From the IMG/VR virus record IMGVR_UViG_2744054709_000002, positions 1-64,000 of that record: DNA of 64,000 nucleotides, one strand, 5' to 3'. The translations under genes were made by a program, and so were the position numbers. Source of the stretch: a virus. Taxonomy: Duplodnaviria > Caudoviricetes. Shown here piece by piece: positions 10,114 through 18,517 of the stretch. The notes beneath the pieces are model-generated. The model searched no databases and was not told the DNA's origin. It was given only the letters and a program-made list of their open reading frames with translations. Within the stretch, counting starts at the first letter, position 1; every line of letters begins with the position of its first letter.

Positions 10114-10334
10114 TGAACGTCGAACATCACGGACCGACCTATGCGCGGATGGAGCAGATCGCCAGCTTTCTGCGGGCGCGTTCCGGTCTCTGGGTCGCAT
10201 CGGAAGACGTTATCGAGGCCATGGACGGCGAGATGAACGCATCTGCCGTCCGGTATTGCCTGAAATCCCTCGTGCGCCGCCGGCGTGCCGAGCGGACAGT
10301 ATCCGGCCGCGTCACCCTCTGGAAATCACGCTGA
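10113..10334 (+). CDS. Small winged-helix-like protein
   Basis: 73 aa, coupled to the MTase gene, wHTH-like pattern. Confidence 0.6.
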   Translation: MNVEHHGPTYARMEQIASFLRARSGLWVASEDVIEAMDGEMNASAVRYCLKSLVRRRRAERTVSGRVTLWKSR

Positions 10335-10378
10335 CAGATCCCGACGGGAATTGTCATTATCGAAGGTAAAAAACGGGC

Positions 10379-11269
10379 ATGGGACGCAATTCCGCGATCG
10401 AATGGACCGACCACACGTTCAATCCGTGGGTCGGATGCACCGCGATCAGCCCCGCCTGCGACCACTGCTATGCGGAGGCCTGGGCGAAGCGCACCGGCGC
10501 GCCGCAGTTGTGGCAGGGCGATCGTCGTCGTACATCAGGGACCAACTGGCGGCAGCCCCTCAAATGGGACCGGGAGGCACGGGACGCAGGCGTAAGGCGC
10601 CGGGTGTTCTGCGCGTCGCTGGCGGACGTGTTTGACAACCAGGTGCCGCACGCGTGGCGGCGGGATCTGTGGGCGTTGATCGCGCAGACACCGCATCTGG
10701 ACTGGCTGCTGCTGACGAAGCGTCCGCAGAACTTCACGAAGTTCCTGCCTGATGGTCAGGACGACGCGCCGGCATGGGGCATGGGCTGGCACAATGTCTG
10801 GCTGGGGGCGACCATCGCCAACCAGGTCGAGGCAGAGCGCAATGTGCCGACCCTTCTGAAGGTGCCGGCCTCTTGCCGGTTCCTGTCCATCGAACCGCTC
10901 CTCGGCGAGGTAGACCTGCTGGAATGGCTGGATCCAACGGGGGCGTGCTGTGGCGGCGAACCGGAGTGCCGTTGCCAGCCATGTCCTAGCGATGCCGACT
11001 GGCGGGGGACCCAGGGCGACGGCTTTGACCCATGCATCAACTGGGTAATCGTTGGCGGCGAAAGCGGACCGCACGCCCGACCAATGGCGCGGGACTGGGT
11101 CTCGGAACTGCAAGAACAGTGCGAAAAATACGGAATTCCGTTCTTTTTCAAGCAGTGGGGCGAACATGACGCGGAAGGAAATCGCGTCGGGAAAAAGCGC
11201 TCAGGCGCGCTGCTGGATGGGCGGGAATGGAAGGAATTCCCCTCCCTGAAGGAAAGCGGCCATGGGTGA
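10379..11269 (+). CDS. Gp37/Gp68 (DUF5131) family protein
   Basis: IEWTDHTFNPWVGC..ISPACDHCYA, LLTKRP, FLSIEPLLG, WVIVGGESG and FFFKQWG. Confidence 0.93.
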   Translation: MGRNSAIEWTDHTFNPWVGCTAISPACDHCYAEAWAKRTGAPQLWQGDRRRTSGTNWRQPLKWDREARDAGVRRRVFCASLADVFDNQVPHAWRRDLWALIAQTPHLDWLLLTKRPQNFTKFLPDGQDDAPAWGMGWHNVWLGATIANQVEAERNVPTLLKVPASCRFLSIEPLLGEVDLLEWLDPTGACCGGEPECRCQPCPSDADWRGTQGDGFDPCINWVIVGGESGPHARPMARDWVSELQEQCEKYGIPFFFKQWGEHDAEGNRVGKKRSGALLDGREWKEFPSLKESGHG

Positions 11270-11771
11270 GGCAAAGCGTCGCCGCGAGTTGCAGGAGAGC
11301 CGAACAGCGGAGGGACTGCCCGTCCCGCGCCCGACGGAATGTCCGTCATGCGGGGTCCGTGAAACCACGACGGTTCAGACCAATGCGCGCCTGCGGGAAC
11401 TGGGACTGCCACAGGAGGTCGGATTCTGCGGGTCATGCCGGGCGATATGGGAGGTTTTCCCCCCGCAGTATATCGCGGACCCGGTCTGCGCGGAGCCATG
11501 TGATAACTGTGCATTCCGGCCCGGCGCGCCGGAGCAGGCCGATCCGGAGACCTGGAAATCCCTACTGGACAGCCTGCAGGTGGACGGGGATGGCATGTTC
11601 ACCGGCAGGTTCTACTGTCACAAGCACGTGCCGATCGACATGAGCAAGGGACCGGGGAATTTCCTGTTTCCGCAGCGCGCGGATGGGGCCTGGGACACCG
11701 CGAAGATGCGGATGTGCAGCGGGTTCCTGCGCATGTTCTGGGCACGCCAGCGCAAGCTGGGGCTGATGTGA
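11262..11771 (+). CDS. Cys-rich hypothetical protein
   Basis: MGEAKRR start; CxxC pairs and C..CAFR...FYCH. Confidence 0.7.
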   Translation: MGEAKRRRELQESRTAEGLPVPRPTECPSCGVRETTTVQTNARLRELGLPQEVGFCGSCRAIWEVFPPQYIADPVCAEPCDNCAFRPGAPEQADPETWKSLLDSLQVDGDGMFTGRFYCHKHVPIDMSKGPGNFLFPQRADGAWDTAKMRMCSGFLRMFWARQRKLGLM

Positions 11772-12274
11772 TGGGGAAGCCTGTCGATCTGATCGGCCGA
11801 CGCATGGTGCAGCCCATGCCGATCCCGGCGCGTGCCTGCGTCATCAGGGGAGACCATGGGGTGCGTGGGGTGGTTTTCTCGCTGACGCATCGTGGGCGCG
11901 CGGGCGTGGAAATCTGGGTCTGTGTGGCAGAAACGCGGGACGTTGCACGGCAATGGTGTGTATCACGGACCGAAAACATCGACCTGCCATCTTTCGCCGC
12001 CGCGCGTGTCTGGGTGCATGCATGGGCTGCGCGCTACGGGCACAGGATCCGCGAGGACATTCCCGCGCGCCGCCGCCCGAAGATCGGGTCGCGGGCCTGC
12101 CGTGCCCTGCTGGCTGCGGGCGGCTGCCGGGAGAGCTGGCTGACCAGCGATGCGCCACGTCTGGCGGCGGAAGCCGCTGTGCGCTGCCAGTCACCGGCGG
12201 CGGACTGCCACCATTACGGCAGGTGCCAGTACGGGACCTGCGATATGGAGATGGATGTGGACGATGCCTCCTAG
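11771..12274 (+). CDS. Hypothetical protein
   Basis: TGATG-coupled ORF with a Cys-rich C-terminus. Confidence 0.6.
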   Translation: MGKPVDLIGRRMVQPMPIPARACVIRGDHGVRGVVFSLTHRGRAGVEIWVCVAETRDVARQWCVSRTENIDLPSFAAARVWVHAWAARYGHRIREDIPARRRPKIGSRACRALLAAGGCRESWLTSDAPRLAAEAAVRCQSPAADCHHYGRCQYGTCDMEMDVDDAS

Positions 12275-12674
12275 ACGCCTTCAGATGCTCCCCGAAAGTC
12301 TGTGCGCCCCCTGCCCCGACTGCGACATGACGATCAGCGTTCTGGCAGCAGAGGATGACGCAGGCCTGTTCTGGCCGGAGGGCGGCGAGGGCATCGGGCC
12401 ACTTTCCTACATCAACTGCGAACATTGCGGTGCTGCCTTCCATGCCCTGGCCGTTGGCCCTGCACACGCATTACATCCCTACGACCGGAGAAGAATCGAT
12501 ATGGTGTTCCAGAGCGAAAAACTGCCGCAAGGGTTGCGGGACTGTCCTGATTTGGGAACAATAAAAAATGAAGTTCCTGCATCAAACGGTAGATGCACGA
12601 GACTTAAAAATTCTGATCCCCAAAATAATGACGATGAAAGGAATGATCGTGACCCAGAACGACAACCCGGCTGA
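12264..12674 (+). CDS. Zinc-ribbon hypothetical protein
   Basis: CPDC...CEHC; overlaps the upstream gene. Confidence 0.55.
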   Translation: MPPRRLQMLPESLCAPCPDCDMTISVLAAEDDAGLFWPEGGEGIGPLSYINCEHCGAAFHALAVGPAHALHPYDRRRIDMVFQSEKLPQGLRDCPDLGTIKNEVPASNGRCTRLKNSDPQNNDDERNDRDPERQPG

Positions 12675-13026
12675 CAATTTTTTTGCGGAAGTAAGGACGC
12701 GCCTCAAACATGATGAAGAACTTGAAGTCCCCAGTTCTTCATATCGCCATGAGGCTGTCACCCCTCAAGTTGGTCACCTGAGCATTCCAGTCAATATAAT
12801 TCCATTGCAGGGGGGATACGACAAGAAGCGCCTGGATCAACTGTGCCATGATCTGGGGTTTGTGCCCGATCAACTCTCAAAAGACAAAATAAAAAATAGT
12901 GATGATGGTCGCAAGGTAACAATTACCCGCTATTGTAAATCTGTGCGCAAAGACTATCTCGCAGGAGCAGAAATGACCCTGTCGGTGACTTTCAATATCG
13001 CCGATAACCCCTTTTCCCGAGGGTAG
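12568..13026 (+). CDS. Hypothetical protein (AT-rich); true start probably near 12643-12649
   Basis: Open frame in a low-GC segment before repA. Confidence 0.55.
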   Translation: MKFLHQTVDARDLKILIPKIMTMKGMIVTQNDNPADNFFAEVRTRLKHDEELEVPSSSYRHEAVTPQVGHLSIPVNIIPLQGGYDKKRLDQLCHDLGFVPDQLSKDKIKNSDDGRKVTITRYCKSVRKDYLAGAEMTLSVTFNIADNPFSRG

Positions 13027-13045
13027 CCCCTGCCGATCTCCTGCT

Positions 13046-13118
13046 GTCGTGGTTTCGGGGACCAAAATCTGTTGTCGTTCGGTATCCGCGACGTTAGGCT
13101 GTCGTGGTTTCAGGGACC
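13046..13118 (+). repeat. Three iterons upstream of repA (consensus RTCGT-N8-GGAC; middle copy degenerate)
   Basis: Copies at 13046, 13074 and 13101. Confidence 0.8.
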
Positions 13119-13145
13119 TAAGCGGTCCGGGCATCAGATCCGGAG

Positions 13146-13982
13146 GTGGATGTGGCGGCGCAGCAGGTTGATCTTTTTCTTGATTCCATGATGGGGCAGA
13201 CCCTGCGCGGGGACCGCGCCCTGATGGAATTCCCTTTCTTTTCATTGGCCAAGCGCCCCCGTCACACGCCCATCACTTATGACGATGGGCGGGTGATGAT
13301 ACGCGTCTCGCCCGGAGAACGGGGCATCGCGACCATCTGGGACAAGGACATTCTGATCTATGTGACGTCCCTGATGAACGAGCAGCTGGAGCGTGGAATC
13401 GAGCCCGGCCGGACCATTCAGTTCGCGGCCGTGGATTTTCTGCGCGTGGCGGGCCGCGGGACATCCGGAAAATCCTATGAGCAGCTGAAGGATGCGCTGT
13501 TCCGCCTGCGCTCAACGACGATCACCACGTCAATCGCGTCGGCCGGAGAGGAGGAGGAGCGCGGTTTTGGCTGGATCGAGGCGTGGCGCATCGTCAAGCG
13601 CATGCGCAAGGACGGCAACCGGGTCATGGAGGCCATTGAAGTTACCCTCAGCGACTGGATGTACCGCGCCATCGTCAAGGAGCGCCGCGTTCTCGCGATG
13701 GATTCCAAATATTTCGAACTGACCATGGCAATGGAACGTCGGCTGTATGAACTGGTACGCAAGCATTTGGGCAACCAGCAGACGTGGATGATCTCGCTTC
13801 CGCGCCTGGCAGAGAAAATTGGCACGCAGATGGAATTAAAGAAGCTGAAGGCGGAACTGGTCGAGATATGCCGCCGCGACAGCCTGATCCATTACCAGAT
13901 GAACCTGGAGGCACCGCCCGGGATCGTGCGCGTACCGCCGCGACGTGTGCAGGTCGTATTTTCGCATAGGGACAGGGTTTGA
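13146..13982 (+). CDS. repA: Plasmid replication initiator RepA (RPA family)
   Basis: MEFPFFSLAK, GIATIWDKDILIY, Y..L..AL.RL.ST.I.T and ERRLYELVRKH motifs. Confidence 0.93.
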   Translation: MDVAAQQVDLFLDSMMGQTLRGDRALMEFPFFSLAKRPRHTPITYDDGRVMIRVSPGERGIATIWDKDILIYVTSLMNEQLERGIEPGRTIQFAAVDFLRVAGRGTSGKSYEQLKDALFRLRSTTITTSIASAGEEEERGFGWIEAWRIVKRMRKDGNRVMEAIEVTLSDWMYRAIVKERRVLAMDSKYFELTMAMERRLYELVRKHLGNQQTWMISLPRLAEKIGTQMELKKLKAELVEICRRDSLIHYQMNLEAPPGIVRVPPRRVQVVFSHRDRV

Positions 13983-13989
13983 CCCATCC

Positions 13990-14347
13990 ATCGTGGTTTT
14001 ACGGACCCAACAGACCATCCACTTGTTTATAAAGGGTTTTTATCAAAACCTGGCTGTCCTGATGGCAGTCAATGAACGGCCCTGATGCCGCTCATGCGTG
14101 GAATAGCCTCTGGCGGCGTCACCAGAGGCGGGATTTCTGCCATTTCCTGTGGAAAATCAGATTTTTGTCGTATATCCGGGACCGGGCGTCGTAATATCGC
14201 GGACTGAAGCGTCGTAACATCACGGACCGTATGTCGTGGTTTTATGGACTGAAAAACGCGCAATATGCTGATTCGAAACCGGTTTTCAGACCCGTAACTG
14301 TTTTAACAAATTTAAATAACCTCTTAACGATAATGGTCTGTGGATAA
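13990..14347 (+). promoter_or_regulatory. Plasmid origin: iterons, AT-rich tract and DnaA box
   Basis: Iterons at 13990, 14167, 14188, 14211 and 14233 (last four spaced 21-23 bp); AT-rich tract about 14299-14332; perfect TGTGGATAA at 14339-14347. Confidence 0.85.
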
Positions 14348-14433
14348 CCAGACATTATTGTCATCACGCCTGCCGCTTTTGGCCTGACAATCAACAATTT
14401 TCCGGTTCTTTCTCTTGGTTTTACGTGGGTATC

Positions 14434-14447
14434 TGGTTAGATAACCA
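14434..14447. promoter_or_regulatory. Putative repressor operator TGGTTA-GA-TAACCA
   Basis: 14429-14449 matches 2581-2601 at 19 of 21 nt. Confidence 0.7.
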
Positions 14448-14471
14448 TGGTTGACCATAGGGGAGGCATCC

Positions 14472-14981
14472 ATGGAGCTTGTCGAATGTCCGACGCGACA
14501 GCTGAAACTCACGGAGGCAGGATGCGCCGCCCTGTGGAAATCAACCCGCATCAGGCCACCACAGGCGTGGGAAGGACGGCAGGCCTGCAGGGGATGCGCG
14601 CTAGGAGCGATGCGTGCTGGCGTCGCTCCTGAGAAAGCAGCGACGCCTCCAATGCGTGTGGCCCGTATCTGCGTACGCTGTCACAAACAGGCGGAAAGAG
14701 TGATCCAGAACCGCCTGTGCATCTCGTGCTACAATCGCGAGGGAGAGGCCCGTCGTGGACGTGACAGGAACGGACATCGTCCCGTACTGGCAGATCAACT
14801 GTACACCGACAGCATTGACGTCCACAATTCCAGCAGATCTTACACCGTTACCAGCACAGTTCTGAACCGAAGCGAACTGATGCTCCAGGCACTTCATACC
14901 GCAACGGAAAACCTGTGGTTTACCGCGCGGCGACGGTTGAACATCCCCGTTCCGGGGCTGCAACTGTCATTGCCACTATGA
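14472..14981 (+). CDS. Cys-rich (zinc-finger-like) protein
   Basis: GGAGG RBS; CxxC motifs CRGC, CVRC and CISC. Confidence 0.7.
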   Translation: MELVECPTRQLKLTEAGCAALWKSTRIRPPQAWEGRQACRGCALGAMRAGVAPEKAATPPMRVARICVRCHKQAERVIQNRLCISCYNREGEARRGRDRNGHRPVLADQLYTDSIDVHNSSRSYTVTSTVLNRSELMLQALHTATENLWFTARRRLNIPVPGLQLSLPL

Positions 14982-15259
14982 ATCTTCCTGCCGATCCGGA
15001 CGCACATGGATGGTCGATAACGCGGCACGTCTGTGCCGTCTGCCAAGGACGCATGCTTCAGCGGGGAGAGGAACTGCGCTGCTCGGGATGCGACCGCCGG
15101 GCACGGGGAAAAGTCTCGGCCCTGTGTGGCTGCGGGATGCGCGTAGGCAAGGACCGGCCATTTATATGCATGCCCAATCCACGGAAATCGGCTGCTGACC
15201 CGGTTGAAATTGTGATCGGCTACCGGCCGGAAAAATCGGAAATTCCCAGAAATGTCTGA
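14978..15259 (+). CDS. Small zinc-finger protein
   Basis: ATGA-coupled; CAVC, CSGC and CGC. Confidence 0.65.
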   Translation: MNLPADPDAHGWSITRHVCAVCQGRMLQRGEELRCSGCDRRARGKVSALCGCGMRVGKDRPFICMPNPRKSAADPVEIVIGYRPEKSEIPRNV

Positions 15260-15785
15260 CGACGAGGAATTTGAGGCCTTTTCGGCTGCCCCTGAGACTG
15301 AAGACAGTCCGCTGGGCGTGATGACACGCCTGATTGACACCGAGGGGATGTTTTCCTTCCTGAAAACCGGTGAAGTCCGGATTGCCGTGTTCATGAGGCA
15401 TTTTCCGAAGGAAAAGCAGGGACGGATCGTATTGGGCGAACTGGCATTGCCACGGTTCCAGGGGGGGCTTGCCCGCCTTGGTTCATGGCTTCTGCAGCGC
15501 GCAACGTGGTTTCAGGGACCGGATTACATCCTGATGATCGACCAGGACTGGTGGGATGGCGCACGTCCGGAAGCACAGGAAGCACTGGTCTTCCACGAAC
15601 TGATGCACGCAGAGCATGCCGTGGACAGGGATGGGGAACTGAAATTCGATGATGAAGGACGCCCGGTCTGGAGCCTGAAAGGCCATGATCTCGAAGAGTT
15701 CCGCGAGGTGGTCCGGCGATATGGCGACTGGAGCGGAGAGATCGGAGCCTTCGTAGACGCCGCGCGGATCGGGGGCGTGACCTGA
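15252..15785 (+). CDS. Phage metallopeptidase-like protein
   Basis: ALVFHELMH (HExxH) and HDLEEF..VVRRYG.W motifs. Confidence 0.85.
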   Translation: MSDDEEFEAFSAAPETEDSPLGVMTRLIDTEGMFSFLKTGEVRIAVFMRHFPKEKQGRIVLGELALPRFQGGLARLGSWLLQRATWFQGPDYILMIDQDWWDGARPEAQEALVFHELMHAEHAVDRDGELKFDDEGRPVWSLKGHDLEEFREVVRRYGDWSGEIGAFVDAARIGGVT

Positions 15786-16423
15786 TGGCGAGACCCGCGC
15801 TGGACCGCGTCCGCAAGAAGGAATTGCGTGCCGAATTTGAAAAGGAGGTCATGGCCGCGTTCGCCAATTTTGGACCCGATTTCGACAAATCCGCCCTCAT
15901 GCGCAAATACACGGCTGCTGGGCTCAACACGTCGAGCCTGTATCGCTGGTTTGACGCCATCAAATCATCGGGCGCCCCGGGCCGTGCATTTGCCGAGAAG
16001 GTTCGAGATAACGTGCGCGAACGCAGCCAGGCCAGCCAAGAGCCTGCGGTAGCGATCGGCGCGGATATCGTCGCCGAACTGCCGGTGGTGCCCGATCCTG
16101 ACGAGATCGTGGGGCTGGGCGTCGGCAAGATCGTTGACCAGATGCAGATGTGCATGAATGTCGCACGCAGGATCCTCAAGCACAGTTTCCATGACGACGG
16201 TAAGCCCCGCAACGCCAAGCTGGCCCTGTCCGCGTCGGAGCACCTGCGCCGCTCGGTCGATACGATGGCACGCCTGTATGAAATGATGATCGCGTACCAA
16301 CAGGTTGAGACGTTCCACAAGACGATTTTCGAGGTCATCCGTGACGTTGATCCGATCGTGGCGGAGACGATCCTCGGGCGTTTGCGGCAACTGAACGCAA
16401 CCCAGCGCGGAGGGGCGGGATGA
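15785..16423 (+). CDS. Probable terminase small subunit
   Basis: HTH-like SSLYRW, helical composition, directly upstream of the large subunit. Confidence 0.6.
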   Translation: MARPALDRVRKKELRAEFEKEVMAAFANFGPDFDKSALMRKYTAAGLNTSSLYRWFDAIKSSGAPGRAFAEKVRDNVRERSQASQEPAVAIGADIVAELPVVPDPDEIVGLGVGKIVDQMQMCMNVARRILKHSFHDDGKPRNAKLALSASEHLRRSVDTMARLYEMMIAYQQVETFHKTIFEVIRDVDPIVAETILGRLRQLNATQRGGAG

Positions 16424-18501
16424 ACCTGCTGCAGCGTTCTCTCGACTGCCAGCTCATGATGCTGGAGGAAACTGCGGCACGGCTGGGCTATGGCGGGACG
16501 GGCTCGATCCCGGAGGCCATGGGGTTTCTGGAGTGGTGCGAGGACCTGGCGGCAAAGGGGCTGAAAATTGACGGACGCCCTTTCCGCCTGGACAACCGGC
16601 CGGCCCTGCGCCCGATCTACGATGCAATCCCGACCACCCGCCAGCAGGCCTATGGCAAGACTCTCGTGATCCAGAAGGCGACCCAGCTGGGCCTTACCGT
16701 GTGGGAAGTGCTGGCCGACCTTTACATGGCCAAGAAATGGTCGCCGGTGAATATCGGGATGTTCCTGCCCGACCAGAACACGGCGGCGTTCAAGTCCGAA
16801 CGACGGTTCATGCCGATCATCCGGTCGTCGCCACAGCTGCTATCGGAACTGATCTATCGCTATGACGGCAAGGGCGGCCGGCAGAAGATCGGTGAAGGCA
16901 ATGTCCTGACGCGCGAGATCGCGGGGTCGCTCCTGATGTTCCTGTGGACGTCGGGCAAGGTCTCCACGGAATCCCGGCCCATGGATATCGTCAGTCTGGA
17001 CGAAGTCCAGGGTATGAGCCTGGAGGAAATTGACAAGGTCGCAGCCCGAATGGGTGACAGCGACGTGCGTTTCAAGATGCTGCTGTCCACGGCGAACATG
17101 CCGGACGAGGATATCAACAACTGGTACAAGCGTGGCACGCAGGAGGTGTGGCACACGCGATGTCCCGGTTGCGGGGCGCTGTCGGACCTGTCCGATCCCA
17201 ACGGCATATTCCCGTCGCGCTCGATCGTTTTCAACAAGGGTCAGGTCCGCCCTGCCCCGCCATATCCCGGCGAAACGGCCCAGCACGCGCCGCCTGTTGA
17301 TGATTATGTGTGGGTCTGCCCGGAGTGCCAGGGCTACATCCCCGACCCGCAATATGGTGACTATATTGCCCAGAATCCCGGTGCTGGAAATGATATCCGC
17401 TCATTCCTGCTGCCCCGGACGATCAGCCCGAGGATGACCGCCCGGGAAATGTTCACCGATTTCGGGTTTGCATCGACAGGAGCGCAGAAACAGAGTTTCT
17501 TCAATCGCACGCTGGCGCGCCCCTATGTTGATCCAGACCAGATCCCAGTTTCCTACGAGGTCTGCCAGGCGGGCGTGGAGCGCGGACGTGCCGCTGGCGT
17601 GACATGGGAGGAAACGGGCAGCGGGACCTACATGGGGATCGACCAGATGGGGGGCTTTAACGCCGTCATCATCAAGAAGCGGCTGCCTGACAACCGGCAG
17701 GCGGTGATCCATGTGGAGGCTGTGTTCGACCTGTCCCCGTTTGACCGGTGTGCTGATCTGATGCGGCAGTACGGGGTTGAGGTCTGTGTCGTCGAACAGC
17801 TGCCGAATTTCAACGATGCGCGCAAATTCGCCAACCGCTTCCCCGGCCGCGTGTTCCTGTGCACCGGCTATCAGGACATGGGCGATGAATCCATGCACTG
17901 GGGGGACAGCCTGTCGCGGTCGGAGCGTATGACCAGCGAGGAAGAACGGACGCGCTACACAGTTCGCTTGGACCGATACAAATGCATGCAGACGTCCTTG
18001 TACCGCATTCGCGACGGTATCTGCCTGTTTCCCGACCCCAACGGGCTGGAGCAGGAAGTCATCGAGAACGGCAGGAAGCGGCGCATCGCGATCCTCTACG
18101 ACTGGGTTTTCCTGCATTTTTCCCGTACTGCCCTGGTCACGGTTGCAGATCCGGAAACAGGGAAGACACGGCGCACTGTCCAGAAGATCGGGCTGGACCC
18201 GCATTTCAGTTTTGCACTGATGCTATGTGATGCGGCATGGGCACGTGTGCAGGGCAATTCCACGTTCATCCTTCCTGATGCTGGATTGGCAGGCGTGGGT
18301 ACCGCCCAGTCGCCGTCTCCGTCCGCAGCCCAGAACCTGACGTCGCGGCTGGCAGAAATGATGGGAAGCGCCCCGGAGGGTGCCTGCGGGAAATGCCGGT
18401 ATTTCGGAGGGGGCACCTGTTCGGAACGGGATCTGCGCGTTGGTGCGCTGGACCCGGGTTGCGTGTTCTACGAGCCCGCTGCGGACGACGTGACATCGTG
18501 A
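16420..18501 (+). CDS. terL: Terminase large subunit (GpA-like)
   Basis: QKATQLGLT Walker A, SLDEV Walker B, ST coupling motif, CxxC pairs and MGID nuclease motif. Confidence 0.92.
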   Translation: MNLLQRSLDCQLMMLEETAARLGYGGTGSIPEAMGFLEWCEDLAAKGLKIDGRPFRLDNRPALRPIYDAIPTTRQQAYGKTLVIQKATQLGLTVWEVLADLYMAKKWSPVNIGMFLPDQNTAAFKSERRFMPIIRSSPQLLSELIYRYDGKGGRQKIGEGNVLTREIAGSLLMFLWTSGKVSTESRPMDIVSLDEVQGMSLEEIDKVAARMGDSDVRFKMLLSTANMPDEDINNWYKRGTQEVWHTRCPGCGALSDLSDPNGIFPSRSIVFNKGQVRPAPPYPGETAQHAPPVDDYVWVCPECQGYIPDPQYGDYIAQNPGAGNDIRSFLLPRTISPRMTAREMFTDFGFASTGAQKQSFFNRTLARPYVDPDQIPVSYEVCQAGVERGRAAGVTWEETGSGTYMGIDQMGGFNAVIIKKRLPDNRQAVIHVEAVFDLSPFDRCADLMRQYGVEVCVVEQLPNFNDARKFANRFPGRVFLCTGYQDMGDESMHWGDSLSRSERMTSEEERTRYTVRLDRYKCMQTSLYRIRDGICLFPDPNGLEQEVIENGRKRRIAILYDWVFLHFSRTALVTVADPETGKTRRTVQKIGLDPHFSFALMLCDAAWARVQGNSTFILPDAGLAGVGTAQSPSPSAAQNLTSRLAEMMGSAPEGACGKCRYFGGGTCSERDLRVGALDPGCVFYEPAADDVTS

Positions 18502-18510
18502 TGCGACACT
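18496..18510 (+). promoter_or_regulatory. Late-promoter box (TCGTGAtgcGACACT), 22 nt before the portal ATG
   Basis: Motif and spacing shared with other late genes; no Shine-Dalgarno sequence. Confidence 0.6.
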
Positions 18511-18517
18511 GAACGGC

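Noticed and set aside
3936-12652. TCGTGA at 3936 and 12647 as late promoters
   Set aside because: They lie within early genes, overlap GTG codons and lack the nAnnnT-N6-ATG geometry
14167-14250. Regularly spaced repeats as a CRISPR array
   Set aside because: Units of about 18 bp with 4-5 bp gaps next to repA and a DnaA box are iterons; there are no spacers or cas genes
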